Shown: positions 47,312 through 56,859, counted from the first letter of the stretch. The stretch: DNA of 64,000 bases from Deltaproteobacteria bacterium (GCA_029565915.1 JAKQNG010000241.1:6356-70355); one strand, 5' to 3'. The notes: generated by a model not told the origin, from the sequence alone. Made by a program: numbers and translations.

Positions 47312-48475
47312 ATGATACGCCGGGAACTGCAATCGGAGCTGGTGGAAGCGGCCGGAGAATACCCTGTGGTGTCCGTGTTCGGACCTCGCCAATCGGGCAA
47401 GACCACCCTGGTCTGCAGTACGTTCCCCCAGCTTCCGTACTACTCCATGGAGAATCCGGATGTCCGCGCCGCAGCTCGCACCGATCCCCGGGGATTTCTC
47501 AGAACGCTGAACCGGCGGGCAATTCTCGACGAGATTCAACGAACCCCCGAGCTGTTGTCCTACCTTCAGGAAATGGTCGATTCCAACAAGCGGGATACCC
47601 GGTTCGTCCTCACCGGAAGTCATCAACCCTTCCTGAATCAGAGCATTTCCCAGTCATTGCCTGGACGGACCTCGGTGTCTACGCTCATGCCTTTCACCAG
47701 GGCCGAGCTGACGGGGTATCCGGCCACGGGTACGGTATTCGATGCCATCACAAAGGGCAGCTTCCCGGCGGTTCATGAAGAATCCCTCGATGTCCGGCGG
47801 TTCTTCCGTTCCTACGTGCAGACCTGCGTGGAACGGGACGTGCGGGCCCTGGTGGCAGTGCACGACCTCGATCGATTTCAACAGTTTCTCATTCTGCTGG
47901 CAGGTCGGGTGGGACAGCTGGTCAATCTGAGTGCATTGTCCAGCGACGTCGGTGTTGCATCGGCAACGCTGCGCTCCTGGCTCAACGTATTGAAGGCCAG
48001 CTACCTGATCGTTGAACTTCCTCCCTGGCATGCCAACATCCGCAAGCGTCTGGTCCGGAGTTCCAAGTTGTATTTCACCGATACGGGACTGGCCTGTTTC
48101 CTTCTGGGAATAGAGAACGGCGAGCAATTGAAGCGGGATCGGCAACGGGGAGGACTGTTCGAAAATTTCATCGTCATGGATATCTGGAAATCCCTGCTCC
48201 ATGCCGGTGAAACGCCCACGCTGTACTTTTTCCGGGACAGCCACGGCAATGAGGTAGACCTTCTCATCCGGCGCGGTGGGCGACTGATCCCGGTGGAGAT
48301 CAAATCTGCGGAAACGTTCAGCACCGGGTTTGTGGACGGAATCCGCCGGTTTGCCCGACTGGTGGACGAGCCGGACATGGCCGGGCACGTGGTATATGCA
48401 GGCGAAACCTCGTTCACCGTCGACAGGGTGAAGGCGAGTCCGGTGAATCAATTTCAGGTAAAGGAGCTGCTATGA
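47312..48475 (+). CDS. AAA_14-type ATPase with DUF4143-like C-terminal domain carrying a PD-(D/E)xK-like motif
   Basis: Walker A GPRQSGKTT; Walker B-like AILDEIQ; FVLTGS. C-terminus FFRDSHGNEVDLLIRRGGRLIPVEIKSA (D..ExK). Confidence 0.8.
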   Translation: MIRRELQSELVEAAGEYPVVSVFGPRQSGKTTLVCSTFPQLPYYSMENPDVRAAARTDPRGFLRTLNRRAILDEIQRTPELLSYLQEMVDSNKRDTRFVLTGSHQPFLNQSISQSLPGRTSVSTLMPFTRAELTGYPATGTVFDAITKGSFPAVHEESLDVRRFFRSYVQTCVERDVRALVAVHDLDRFQQFLILLAGRVGQLVNLSALSSDVGVASATLRSWLNVLKASYLIVELPPWHANIRKRLVRSSKLYFTDTGLACFLLGIENGEQLKRDRQRGGLFENFIVMDIWKSLLHAGETPTLYFFRDSHGNEVDLLIRRGGRLIPVEIKSAETFSTGFVDGIRRFARLVDEPDMAGHVVYAGETSFTVDRVKASPVNQFQVKELL

Positions 48476-49230
48476 AACTCGTTTCGTGGAATGTGAACGG
48501 CATCCGGGCCGCGCTGAAAAAGGGCGCGAAAGAGTCCCTCGAATCCCTTTTACCCGACGTGATCTGCCTGCAGGAAGTGCGCGCCCGCGAAAACCAGTTT
48601 GAACTGGCCCTCGACGGATTCAACGCCCACTGGAATCCGGCAAAGCGACCGGGGTATTCGGGAACGGGCATCCTGTCGAAGGTGCCGCTTCTCTCCGTGA
48701 TAAACGGCATCGGAAAGGCGGAACTCGACGGCGAAGGCCGGGTCATCACCGCGGAGCTGGCGGATTTCTATCTCGTCACCGTTTACACTCCCAATTCCCA
48801 GCGGGAACTCGCGCGACTCGATTTCCGCACGAAGAAGTGGGAGCCGGCATTTCTCGCGTACCTGAAAAAGCTGGAACAGAAAAAGCCCGTGGTGTTCTGC
48901 GGCGACCTGAATGTGGCCCACCGGGAAATCGATCTGGCCAATCCATCGGCGAATCGCAGGAATGCCGGATTCACCGATGAAGAGCGCGCCGCGTTTGACG
49001 GACTGCTGGCCGCGGGCTTCGTGGACACCTTCCGGGAATTCTGCGCCGAAGGAGGCCACTACACCTGGTGGAGCAATTTCGGCCGGGCCCGCGAAAAGAA
49101 CGTGGGTTGGCGGATCGACTATTTTGTGGTGTCCCAATCCCTGCGCAGCCGGTTATCGGGCGCCGGAATCCACCCGTCCATCACGGGTTCCGACCACTGT
49201 CCCGTGTCCCTCGAACTGACCCTCCCTTGA
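48472..49230 (+). CDS. xth: Exodeoxyribonuclease III
   Basis: MKLVSWNVNGIRA, DVICLQE, YSGTGILSK, VVFCGDLNVAH, IDYF..S, SDHCPV. The ATG overlaps the upstream stop (ATGA), with AAGGAG 5 nt upstream. Confidence 0.9.
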   Translation: MKLVSWNVNGIRAALKKGAKESLESLLPDVICLQEVRARENQFELALDGFNAHWNPAKRPGYSGTGILSKVPLLSVINGIGKAELDGEGRVITAELADFYLVTVYTPNSQRELARLDFRTKKWEPAFLAYLKKLEQKKPVVFCGDLNVAHREIDLANPSANRRNAGFTDEERAAFDGLLAAGFVDTFREFCAEGGHYTWWSNFGRAREKNVGWRIDYFVVSQSLRSRLSGAGIHPSITGSDHCPVSLELTLP

Positions 49231-49296
49231 ACCTCTGAAAACCGGGTGTATATATAGACGACAGGAAGGGGGCATCTTCCGCTTTCCTCTCAGGAC

Positions 49297-50598
49297 ATGA
49301 TGAAGAACCGCAAACAGCAGGTAGCGACCCGCCCGGGAACAAAACCGGGCACCATTCCCCCGGCAAGTCTGTTCGAGGACGTGGTACGCGTGCTGGTGGC
49401 GGACGACGACGGGGTGACGCGGAAAATCCTGACCCGCACCCTGGACGAAGCCGGCTACGACGTCATCGAAGCAAAGGACGGAGACACGGCCCGGACCATC
49501 CTGTTGTCATCCGACGCGCCGGACATTGCCCTGCTGGACTGGGTGATGCCCGGCTGCACCGGACCCGAGCTGTGCACGCTGGTGCGCGATCAGGTGGAGA
49601 AGTTCGTGTTCATCATGCTGGTGACCGGGCGGACCACCCAGGAAGACATGATCGAAGGTCTGAATTCGGGGGCCCACGAGTTTCTGACCAAGCCCATCAA
49701 TCTGGCCGAATTCAATGTCCGCATGACTGTGGCGTCGCGGATCCTCGAATATGAGCGGACCCTGTCCAAGAAAAATCAGGAAATTGCCCGCTACGCGACC
49801 CAGATGAAGGATCTGGCGGAAACCCGCGCCCGGCAGCTCGTCCATGCGGAACGGCTGGCCACCCTGGGCATGCTGTCCGCGGGCATCGGGCACGAAATCA
49901 AGAATCCGGTGGCCTACGTGGCCGGCAACATGCAGGTCATCGGCCGCTATCGCAATGATCTGCGCACCGCCCTGCAGGGCGCCCTGGACAGCGGCGTGGG
50001 CGACCAGAAGCGGATGAAGTTTCTGCTCGAAAACGGCGGCGCCCTCATCGAAGGCATCGAAGAAGGGCTCGGCCGCATCGTGGGCATTCTGGAAGGCCTC
50101 AGTCGATTTGCCCACCGGGGCACGGGAAAAAAAGCGGAGGCCTATCTGCACCAGTGCATCAACGACGCGGTGGATTTAAGCCGGAACACCTGGAAATATC
50201 ACGTGACCGTCACCACGGATCTGGATGACCTGCCGCCCCTGTCCCTGAATGCGCAGGAGATCACCCAGGTGCTCGTGAATCTGCTCGTCAATGCGTCGGA
50301 CGCCATGAAGGACCGGCCGTCCGGGGTCGACAACACCATCCACATCACCCTCAAACGCAACGGCCGGTTTCAGCGGATTGCGGTGGCAGACAACGGACCG
50401 GGCATTCCCGACGACATCCGCGAGCGAATCTGGGACCCCTTCTTCACGACCAAGAAGGAAGGGGAAGGAACCGGGCTGGGTCTGGCCATCTGCTCGGGGA
50501 TCATCGAAGAACACCGGGGGCGCATCACCGTAAAGAACCTTCCGGACGGCGGCGCCTGCTTCCTCATCGATCTGCCCGCGGACCCGCAGGAAAACTGA
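49297..50598 (+). CDS. Receiver-domain / histidine kinase fusion protein
   Basis: REC (VLVADDDGVTRKIL, LLDWVMPGCTG, LTKP); H-box GHEIKNPV; NLLVNASDAM; DNGPGI; GTGLGL. Confidence 0.85.
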   Translation: MMKNRKQQVATRPGTKPGTIPPASLFEDVVRVLVADDDGVTRKILTRTLDEAGYDVIEAKDGDTARTILLSSDAPDIALLDWVMPGCTGPELCTLVRDQVEKFVFIMLVTGRTTQEDMIEGLNSGAHEFLTKPINLAEFNVRMTVASRILEYERTLSKKNQEIARYATQMKDLAETRARQLVHAERLATLGMLSAGIGHEIKNPVAYVAGNMQVIGRYRNDLRTALQGALDSGVGDQKRMKFLLENGGALIEGIEEGLGRIVGILEGLSRFAHRGTGKKAEAYLHQCINDAVDLSRNTWKYHVTVTTDLDDLPPLSLNAQEITQVLVNLLVNASDAMKDRPSGVDNTIHITLKRNGRFQRIAVADNGPGIPDDIRERIWDPFFTTKKEGEGTGLGLAICSGIIEEHRGRITVKNLPDGGACFLIDLPADPQEN

Positions 50599-50645
50599 AA
50601 CGCCGTTTTCTTGGTTTCACTCCTTTTCGCTGGCAGTATGGGCCC

Positions 50646-51170
50646 ATGTGGCAAATCAGAACCATCGGCCTCATTGTCCTGTTCGGCGCCTCCGTTGCCG
50701 CCGGCCCCTGCGACCGGCTGACCGGCGAATCGGCCGAAGAAGACGCGGACGACACCGACTCGATGGTGTGTGACGATTTCGATGTGACCTGCAACCATTC
50801 GCTGGCTGTGGAAATCCTGCTGCCCGGAGACGATACGTTTCTGGAGGGCAACTACACCTTCACAGTCATCGCGCCCGATGAGTCCGAATACTCGGTGGAC
50901 TGCATGCTCTACAGCGCCGTGGACGGATTCGTGTGCACGGGCGGAAATACGGATGTCCTCAATGCCGTACTCGACGAAGTCGACGCGGGAACCGCCGTGC
51001 TGCAGGTTGCCGGTGCGCCCCCCTACTGCACGGTGCAGGTGGACTGGAACGGTTATCCGGTGGGGGAGGAAACCCTCGCGCCGGAATACGACATCACCTA
51101 TCCCAACGGCGAAGGCTGTGAACCTGCCTGCTACAACGGCGACGATGCAATGGCCATCCTGCTGCGCTGA
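50646..51170 (+). CDS. Hypothetical secreted acidic Cys-rich protein
   Basis: Signal/lipobox-like IVLFGASVAAGPC, an acidic stretch ESAEEDADDTDS, and 9 Cys. No known motif. Confidence 0.45.
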   Translation: MWQIRTIGLIVLFGASVAAGPCDRLTGESAEEDADDTDSMVCDDFDVTCNHSLAVEILLPGDDTFLEGNYTFTVIAPDESEYSVDCMLYSAVDGFVCTGGNTDVLNAVLDEVDAGTAVLQVAGAPPYCTVQVDWNGYPVGEETLAPEYDITYPNGEGCEPACYNGDDAMAILLR

Positions 51171-51200
51171 AAGGCCTTTCCGGCGCGTTTCCGGTCGCTG

Positions 51201-52463
51201 ATGGCATTCAATTTCTTTACATGGTTGCTGCTGGGACTGCTGGTGCTTCACCACGGCGTCGAAACCGCGCTGGTCGGACTCCAGATCCGGCATCTGAAAC
51301 GGCGCGGCGATCGGGTGCCGTCCCATCTGGCGGGCAAGGTGGACCCGGAGACGATCCGCCGGGCAGTCCGCTACAATCTCGACAAGCTGCGCGCCGGGCT
51401 GGTGTTCCGCTTCTGGGACGTCGGTGTGCTGGCGGTCATGATTGTTGCCGGATTTGCGGCACTGGACAGCTTATGTCGATCATTGCAGGGCGGGCCCGTG
51501 GTCACCGGCCTGCTGTTCTTTGCGCTGCTGGGTGCGGGCGCCGCTGTCCTGTCCCTGCCGGCGGATATCTGGTTCACGTTCGTGGTGGAAAAACGGTGGG
51601 GCTTCAATCGGAGGACATGGCGTGCGTTTGTCAGCGATCAATTGAAAATGCTGTGTGTAAGCGCTGTCACCGGCGGTCTGCTGCTGGCGATGCTGCTGTG
51701 GATCATGGTGACCACGCCGCTTTTCTGGATCTGGGGATTTGTTGCGGTGGCGCTGTTTCAATTGTTAATGCTCTGGTTGTACCCGCTGGTCATCATGCCC
51801 ATGTTCAACCGGTTTGTTCCCGTCTCCGGCGAAGTCGCTTCTGCCATCGGTGATATGGCGGTCCGCGCGGGGTTTCCGCTGAAGGACGTGGTGAAGATGG
51901 ACGGGTCGAAGCGATCGGCCCACGGCAACGCCTTCATCGTGGGATTGAAAGGGGCGCGGCGAATCGTCCTGTTCGATACCCTGATGGATCGGTTGTCCAT
52001 GAAACAGCTGGCGGCAGTGGTCTCCCATGAACTCGGCCACTACCGACTCGGCCATGTCCGGCGACGACTGCTGGCCGCACTGCTGGTCGGTGCCGCCGCC
52101 GCAGGTGCCTTCGGACTGCTGGCAGATCAACCGGCACTTCTTCTGGGCCTCGGATTTCCGCAGGACAGTCCCCACGCGCTGATCGTGGCGGTGTCGCTGC
52201 TGCTCTCGGAGGTCGGCGTCCTGCTGGGCGCACCGGCGCGCTGGATGTCCAGGCGAGACGAGTACGCGGCGGATCGGTTTGCCGTATCCGTGACGGGAAA
52301 TGGCACAGACCTGAAAGACGCCCTCGTCGCGCTGACAAAGCAGAACCTCACCAGTCCGGGCTCTCACCCCTGGTACCGGGCGTATTACAACTCCCACCCT
52401 TCCCTGCGGGAGCGGATGAACGCCATCGACCGGCTCCGGCCTGAAGAACCAGCTACTCAATGA
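51201..52463 (+). CDS. M48-family zinc metalloprotease (Ste24 / CAAX prenyl protease type)
   Basis: Multi-TM N-terminus; HELGHYRLGH (HExxH); downstream E..AD motif EYAADRFA. Confidence 0.85.
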   Translation: MAFNFFTWLLLGLLVLHHGVETALVGLQIRHLKRRGDRVPSHLAGKVDPETIRRAVRYNLDKLRAGLVFRFWDVGVLAVMIVAGFAALDSLCRSLQGGPVVTGLLFFALLGAGAAVLSLPADIWFTFVVEKRWGFNRRTWRAFVSDQLKMLCVSAVTGGLLLAMLLWIMVTTPLFWIWGFVAVALFQLLMLWLYPLVIMPMFNRFVPVSGEVASAIGDMAVRAGFPLKDVVKMDGSKRSAHGNAFIVGLKGARRIVLFDTLMDRLSMKQLAAVVSHELGHYRLGHVRRRLLAALLVGAAAAGAFGLLADQPALLLGLGFPQDSPHALIVAVSLLLSEVGVLLGAPARWMSRRDEYAADRFAVSVTGNGTDLKDALVALTKQNLTSPGSHPWYRAYYNSHPSLRERMNAIDRLRPEEPATQ

Positions 52464-53607
52464 AGATCAAATCGGTACAGGCAAAACGAACGGTGAAATC
52501 GGGCTGCGGCTGGGCGCGAATCGCTTCGCAGGTGGATTCGCACAGCATGATCCGGGAGGGTGCATCCGGATCGTCATAATGCCAGGCAAAGGGCGCAACG
52601 CAGTCTGCATCATAATCAAACACCACGGGTTCCCCATCTACGGACGCGGCAATCTGCACCCGCTGTTTATCGAACTGGCGGTTTTCCGGAGGTGCCGGAA
52701 TGGCCACATCGCACGAAAAAGCCGCATCGCGGATGCCGTCGATGACCGCGTTGAAATCCGCGGTGGTCTGTTCCGGATTGCCCGTGTCAATGATGAATGC
52801 GGCTTGCGTACCACCGCCAACCGCGATCTGCGTCAGGTTGGAAACCGTGTCCGGTGCATCCGGCAGCGGCGGATTGTTCACACCAATGACATACGTGAAA
52901 ATTCCTTCCTCTGCCGCATCCTCCGCGACCGCCGTCACCGACGCGATATCGTTGTCGTCGCATCCCTGGGGATAGCCGTCCGTTACCAGTACGATGGCAT
53001 ACTTCCCGGCAACCGCATCGCGGGACTCCTGCACGAACTGCAACACGCCGTTCATCACGTGCAGCGTGGGCGTTCCCCCTTCCCATTCTTCTTCGCCAAT
53101 CGCCGTAAGGGCGTCGGCAAACAGCGGGGACGGCAATCTGGTAAACGGCACGTCCGGTGTCACATAGGAGGCGTCCTCGCACCGGTCCTCATCGTGAGAC
53201 GGAAAGAACACCATTGACGCAAACAGGCCAAGGGAGCCCGTGTCACCGAAAAAGGCCGTTGTCGCCGCCACAACCGGATCCCATTTCAATGTGCGATCAT
53301 GCCAGGGATAGTCACCCTCCCCCATGCTTCCCGACACATCAAACGCAAAGGCCAGATAGACCGGTTCGAGCTGTGCATCCGACGACACCGTCTCGCAGAA
53401 ATCCGCCGAATCGGAATCCCCGGTGTCCACGTCCCCGTCACTGTCCCCATCGCCATCCGTGTCCGTGTCCGTGTCGCCATCCGTATCCGCATCTGCGTCC
53501 GCATCTGCGTCCGTCGCCGCATCAGACGATTCGTCCGAATCGGCATCACCACATCCAATTACGACAAACAGCATCATCAGACAGGCCGGAACCAGTCGGT
53601 TCTTCAC
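52453..53607 (-). CDS. Lipoprotein with poly-Asp linker and von Willebrand factor A (VWA) domain
   Basis: GTG 53607 after AAGGAGG; lipobox VVIGCG; D-rich linker; MIDAS AFDVSGSMG; ..GGTPT..; IVLVTDGYP. Confidence 0.75.
   Translation of the reverse strand: MKNRLVPACLMMLFVVIGCGDADSDESSDAATDADADADADTDGDTDTDTDGDGDSDGDVDTGDSDSADFCETVSSDAQLEPVYLAFAFDVSGSMGEGDYPWHDRTLKWDPVVAATTAFFGDTGSLGLFASMVFFPSHDEDRCEDASYVTPDVPFTRLPSPLFADALTAIGEEEWEGGTPTLHVMNGVLQFVQESRDAVAGKYAIVLVTDGYPQGCDDNDIASVTAVAEDAAEEGIFTYVIGVNNPPLPDAPDTVSNLTQIAVGGGTQAAFIIDTGNPEQTTADFNAVIDGIRDAAFSCDVAIPAPPENRQFDKQRVQIAASVDGEPVVFDYDADCVAPFAWHYDDPDAPSRIMLCESTCEAIRAQPQPDFTVRFACTDLIFIE
53404..53552 (-). repeat. In-frame short tandem repeats encoding the poly-Asp(Ala/Thr/Gly/Ser) linker
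   Basis: gtccgtgtccgtgtc and catctgcgtccgcatctgcgtcc runs. Confidence 0.8.
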
Positions 53608-53685
53608 GGGACACCTCCTTTGCAATCAATCCGTGCAGCAAGTGTCCTCAGGGAAACAGGAAGGTGCCACAAAACGATCAGAACT

Positions 53686-54474
53686 CTACGGCAGACAGGA
53701 ACGGACCGTGGCGCAGAGGCGGGCGAATTTTTCTCCGGTGAACTTTGTTGCGGTGTAGTAGTTACCGGCTCCCAGGGATTCCCAGTACCCCACTGCCGCT
53801 GCCACACTGACCTTTTCCCTGGTGAGGAACTCATGGGCCGCACGCCAGGCGGGGCGATCCGATTCGGGGTGGATGCGCGACGTGAAATCCGCGATGGCTT
53901 CCTGCCAGCTGTTGAAGGAACGCCACGTCTCGTGCTCGAGCATCACCGCATTGCCCGCGTCGTCATATTCGACCGTGGGCATGATGTAGTAGCTGCCCTC
54001 CCATCCGCCCTGCTTCACGCCCCAGGCGTTGTAGTTCCAGATTTTCTGCGACCAGCCCGACGCCACCACCGCATGGGCAATCATCCGCACCCGGACATTC
54101 TTTGATGCGATGCCGTTTGCCTGCAGTATCTGGTCCAGTCGACGGACAATCTGCTCCTTGTCCCAGGCGGGGGCCCACGGCGTTTCCACGGGCTTCACCT
54201 TCCGCTCACCGGTCGCAGCGGGCGCGGTGAACGCATACGTGGGGGTGTGGGAAATGGACAGCCAGAGTGGCTGATGAACAGACGTCACCGTCGACATTTT
54301 CTCATCCGGAACAGCAATGGTCCGGCCCTCCGCCGGCTCCGGAACAATGGGACCACCCCGTTCGCGCAGCGCACAGCCGTTCAACAGCACAAAGGCAAAC
54401 GAAAACACCATCGCCGAGGTGATATGCCTCGAGTGTCCGACAGATGGAACTGGCCAACGCATCGTCTTCAACAT
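53686..54474 (-). CDS. Lipoprotein with glucosaminidase (GH73 / FlgJ-C)-like domain
   Basis: Lipobox VLLNGC. MIAHAVVASGWSQKIWNYNAWGVK..T.E..WRSFNSWQEAIADF parallels the GH73 block A.A.LESGWG...NN.FGIK..F..Y.S..ES..DY. Confidence 0.6.
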   Translation of the reverse strand: MLKTMRWPVPSVGHSRHITSAMVFSFAFVLLNGCALRERGGPIVPEPAEGRTIAVPDEKMSTVTSVHQPLWLSISHTPTYAFTAPAATGERKVKPVETPWAPAWDKEQIVRRLDQILQANGIASKNVRVRMIAHAVVASGWSQKIWNYNAWGVKQGGWEGSYYIMPTVEYDDAGNAVMLEHETWRSFNSWQEAIADFTSRIHPESDRPAWRAAHEFLTREKVSVAAAVGYWESLGAGNYYTATKFTGEKFARLCATVRSCLP

Positions 54475-54514
54475 ATCTCGCCGGAGCGACTTGTAAAGGA
54501 CTACCCTCGGGAAT

Positions 54515-55495
54515 TTACGAAAGTGTCACCGGGGCAACGGGATGCCGCTGTTGTCGATAACGCCGCTGTCCATCCTCTACTTCCATCCGGGCCTCGCCGC
54601 GCGCCACCAGATGCTCCAGGCACGACAGGGTATGGGCCGCCGCGAGCCACCTTGCCAGGGGACTGCGCTTGTCGCCGAACAGGGAGCGACTCACATCGAG
54701 GCAACCCATCGGCCGGTCGGAAAGGCAGTCCGCCACCCGCTTCACCCTTGCGCCATGATATCGCGCAACCTGATCCGCGCGCCGGGACGTGTCGGCAATC
54801 AAGGGCCCGTGTCCGGCGAATCCCTGCCGGGGCCCGAGGGCTGCGATACGCGCCAGGGAGGCCAGGTAGGCACCGAGCACGTCGTCGCACACATCCTCAA
54901 GGGACAGCGACACGTAGACCGTGGCATCCTCGAGGATGTGATCACCGGCAAACAGCACGCCGGTTTCCTTGTCAAGGAGGCAGATGTGGCCCGGGGTATG
55001 ACCCGGGGTGGCAATGACTTCCAGCGTGCGCCCCGCAAAACAGAGCGACTGTCCGTCTTTGACCGTGCGGTCGGGAACAAACGGCGCGTGCTGGCTGCGC
55101 AGGTAGGCAAAGGTGTCGCCCACCGCCTGGCGGAAATGATCCGGCACACCGTGGGCGCCGTACAGGAGCGCCCGTTCGAAATCCCGGTCAGGATGCGAAA
55201 AATATGCGGTCAACGCCCGGGCATCCACTTCGGACATGATCACGGGCACACCCTGCGACTGGAAGAACGCGCCGAGGCCCGCATGGTCGCAGTGGTAATG
55301 CGTACAGATCACTGCCTGCAGCGACGACGGCACCAGTCCGTATTCCTTGAGGCATCGCGTCAGCAGGGTGACCACAGACGCATCGTTCATTCCCGTGTCG
55401 ATGAGCACGGCGCCGTCCGGTCCGCGCAGCAGGTAGCAGGCGACGGTGCCCAGCATGCCGGGCATGGACAGCGGTATGGGAGAGAGCCAGTCCAT
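54515..55495 (-). CDS. MBL-fold metallo-hydrolase
   Basis: HxHxDH motif ICTHYHCDHAG; downstream TPGHTPGH; DH. Confidence 0.85.
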   Translation of the reverse strand: MDWLSPIPLSMPGMLGTVACYLLRGPDGAVLIDTGMNDASVVTLLTRCLKEYGLVPSSLQAVICTHYHCDHAGLGAFFQSQGVPVIMSEVDARALTAYFSHPDRDFERALLYGAHGVPDHFRQAVGDTFAYLRSQHAPFVPDRTVKDGQSLCFAGRTLEVIATPGHTPGHICLLDKETGVLFAGDHILEDATVYVSLSLEDVCDDVLGAYLASLARIAALGPRQGFAGHGPLIADTSRRADQVARYHGARVKRVADCLSDRPMGCLDVSRSLFGDKRSPLARWLAAAHTLSCLEHLVARGEARMEVEDGQRRYRQQRHPVAPVTLS

Positions 55496-55501
55496 GGGTG
55501 C

Positions 55502-56491
55502 TCAGGGAAGCGGCACAATCAGCACCGCGGCGCGCCGCCCACTGCCCGACAGGGCATCCAGGGGACGTTCGTTTTCCATGTCGAAGGAAACCACCTGTTC
55601 CTCCCCCACTCCCGCGGTCACCAGCGCGTCCCGCAGGAGCCGACCCGACGCACCGCTGACCCTGGCCGCCACCGGTCGCTGCGCTTCCCGCGCGGCGGAT
55701 ACCACCGCAACCAGCAGGAGGGACGCATCACCGGACAGATGGGTCGCAAGGGCCGCCAGCAGTTCCGTTCCCGCAGCCCCGATGCCCCCGGCATCCAATT
55801 CTACCGCCAGCGAGCAGCCCACCTCTTCCCTGCCCACCGAAAAGCCCGCCTCCCGCAACCGGCTCGACAACGCATCCAGCCGTCCGGAATGGTCCGCACT
55901 GCCGGACAGCAGCATGGCATCGTCCATCCGCAGGTGGTACTCCTCCACGGCCAGCTCGGCAAACCGGTACACGCCGTCCATGTCCTGCGCCGCCAGCATT
56001 GACTGCGCCCGGTCTGCCAGGTGCACGAGCCGCGAGAGGCTCTCGGGAACCAGTCGCCGGCGTGCGGCCATCTGCTGCGCCAGAAATACGCGCATCCGGA
56101 CCGCCGCCAGCAGTTCCTTCCCCACGACCATCCGCGCCCCGGCAAGCCGCTCCTGATCTTCTGGCGAAAGCATGTCCTCCGCTGCCGTCTCCACCGCCGC
56201 CGCCTCGCGCATTTCCTGCGTCACCACCTGTTCGAGATGGGCCCGGAGGATTTTGCGGGCCATGCGGGACCGCAGATCGGCGACTTCGTCCTCCAGGGCT
56301 TCGATTTCCAGCGCCAGCTCTGCTGCCCGCCCTTCTTCTGCGGACAGGACCGACTGCAACTGCGCCAGCTGCGACCGATCGGCGGCGTCCCCGGCACCGT
56401 CGACCTGGCCGGTCCGGGCCGGCTGACCGGAGGCACTGCCGCATGCGCAACAGAACACCGCAATGACAGCCAGTGCTCCGACGCACCTCAT
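55502..56491 (-). CDS. Lipoprotein with coiled-coil region and degenerate OmpA-C-like tail
   Basis: MRCVGALAVIAVFCCACGSA; heptad-like AELALEIEALEDEVADLRSRM. The tail RLLRDALVTAGVGEEQVVSFDMENERPLD..GRRAAVLIVP resembles the OmpA_C pattern but lacks the usual GHTD block. Confidence 0.45.
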   Translation of the reverse strand: MRCVGALAVIAVFCCACGSASGQPARTGQVDGAGDAADRSQLAQLQSVLSAEEGRAAELALEIEALEDEVADLRSRMARKILRAHLEQVVTQEMREAAAVETAAEDMLSPEDQERLAGARMVVGKELLAAVRMRVFLAQQMAARRRLVPESLSRLVHLADRAQSMLAAQDMDGVYRFAELAVEEYHLRMDDAMLLSGSADHSGRLDALSSRLREAGFSVGREEVGCSLAVELDAGGIGAAGTELLAALATHLSGDASLLLVAVVSAAREAQRPVAARVSGASGRLLRDALVTAGVGEEQVVSFDMENERPLDALSGSGRRAAVLIVPLP

Positions 56492-56745
56492 GGTTCGCCC
56501 TCTTCGTTTCCGGTGGGCCACGCGCCGGACAGGGGACGTCCCTTCCATTGCAGCAGCAGCCGATCCCGTTCCTGTTTCAGGGCATCCCGACGGCGTTCCA
56601 GCTCCGCCAGCCGGCGCGCCAGCTCCTGCCGACGCCGGGTCAGCGCATCGATCTGCGCCGACAGATCAGGGGTGTCCTCCGCAACCGGGACACCCGGAAT
56701 GGACAGCAGACACAATGCCAGAACAATGGAACAGATGCGCTTCAT
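56488..56745 (-). CDS. Small secreted coiled-coil protein
   Basis: MKRICSIVLALCLLSIPGVPVAE signal, then LSAQIDALTRRRQELARRLAELERRRDALKQERDRLLL. The stop overlaps the next start (ATGA). Confidence 0.45.
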   Translation of the reverse strand: MKRICSIVLALCLLSIPGVPVAEDTPDLSAQIDALTRRRQELARRLAELERRRDALKQERDRLLLQWKGRPLSGAWPTGNEEGEP

Positions 56746-56760
56746 CGGGGCGAGGTGTAG

Positions 56761-56794
56761 CACAATCGCCCTTTGGGGAAAACAGGGGCGTGTG
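56761..56794 (+). repeat. Copy A of a 34-nt direct repeat (cacaatcgccctttggggaaaacaggggcgtgtg)
   Basis: 32/34 identical to 60808..60841. Weaker similarity continues for ~14 more nt (agccgtccat vs tgccggccat). Internal imperfect inverted repeat CACA..CGCCC / GGGCG.TGTG. Confidence 0.9.
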
Positions 56795-56859
56795 ATAAGC
56801 CGTCCATTTTATCCATGCGTGGATCAGGTGGGAAGATTGAAACTGAAGAGGCCCAGTGT

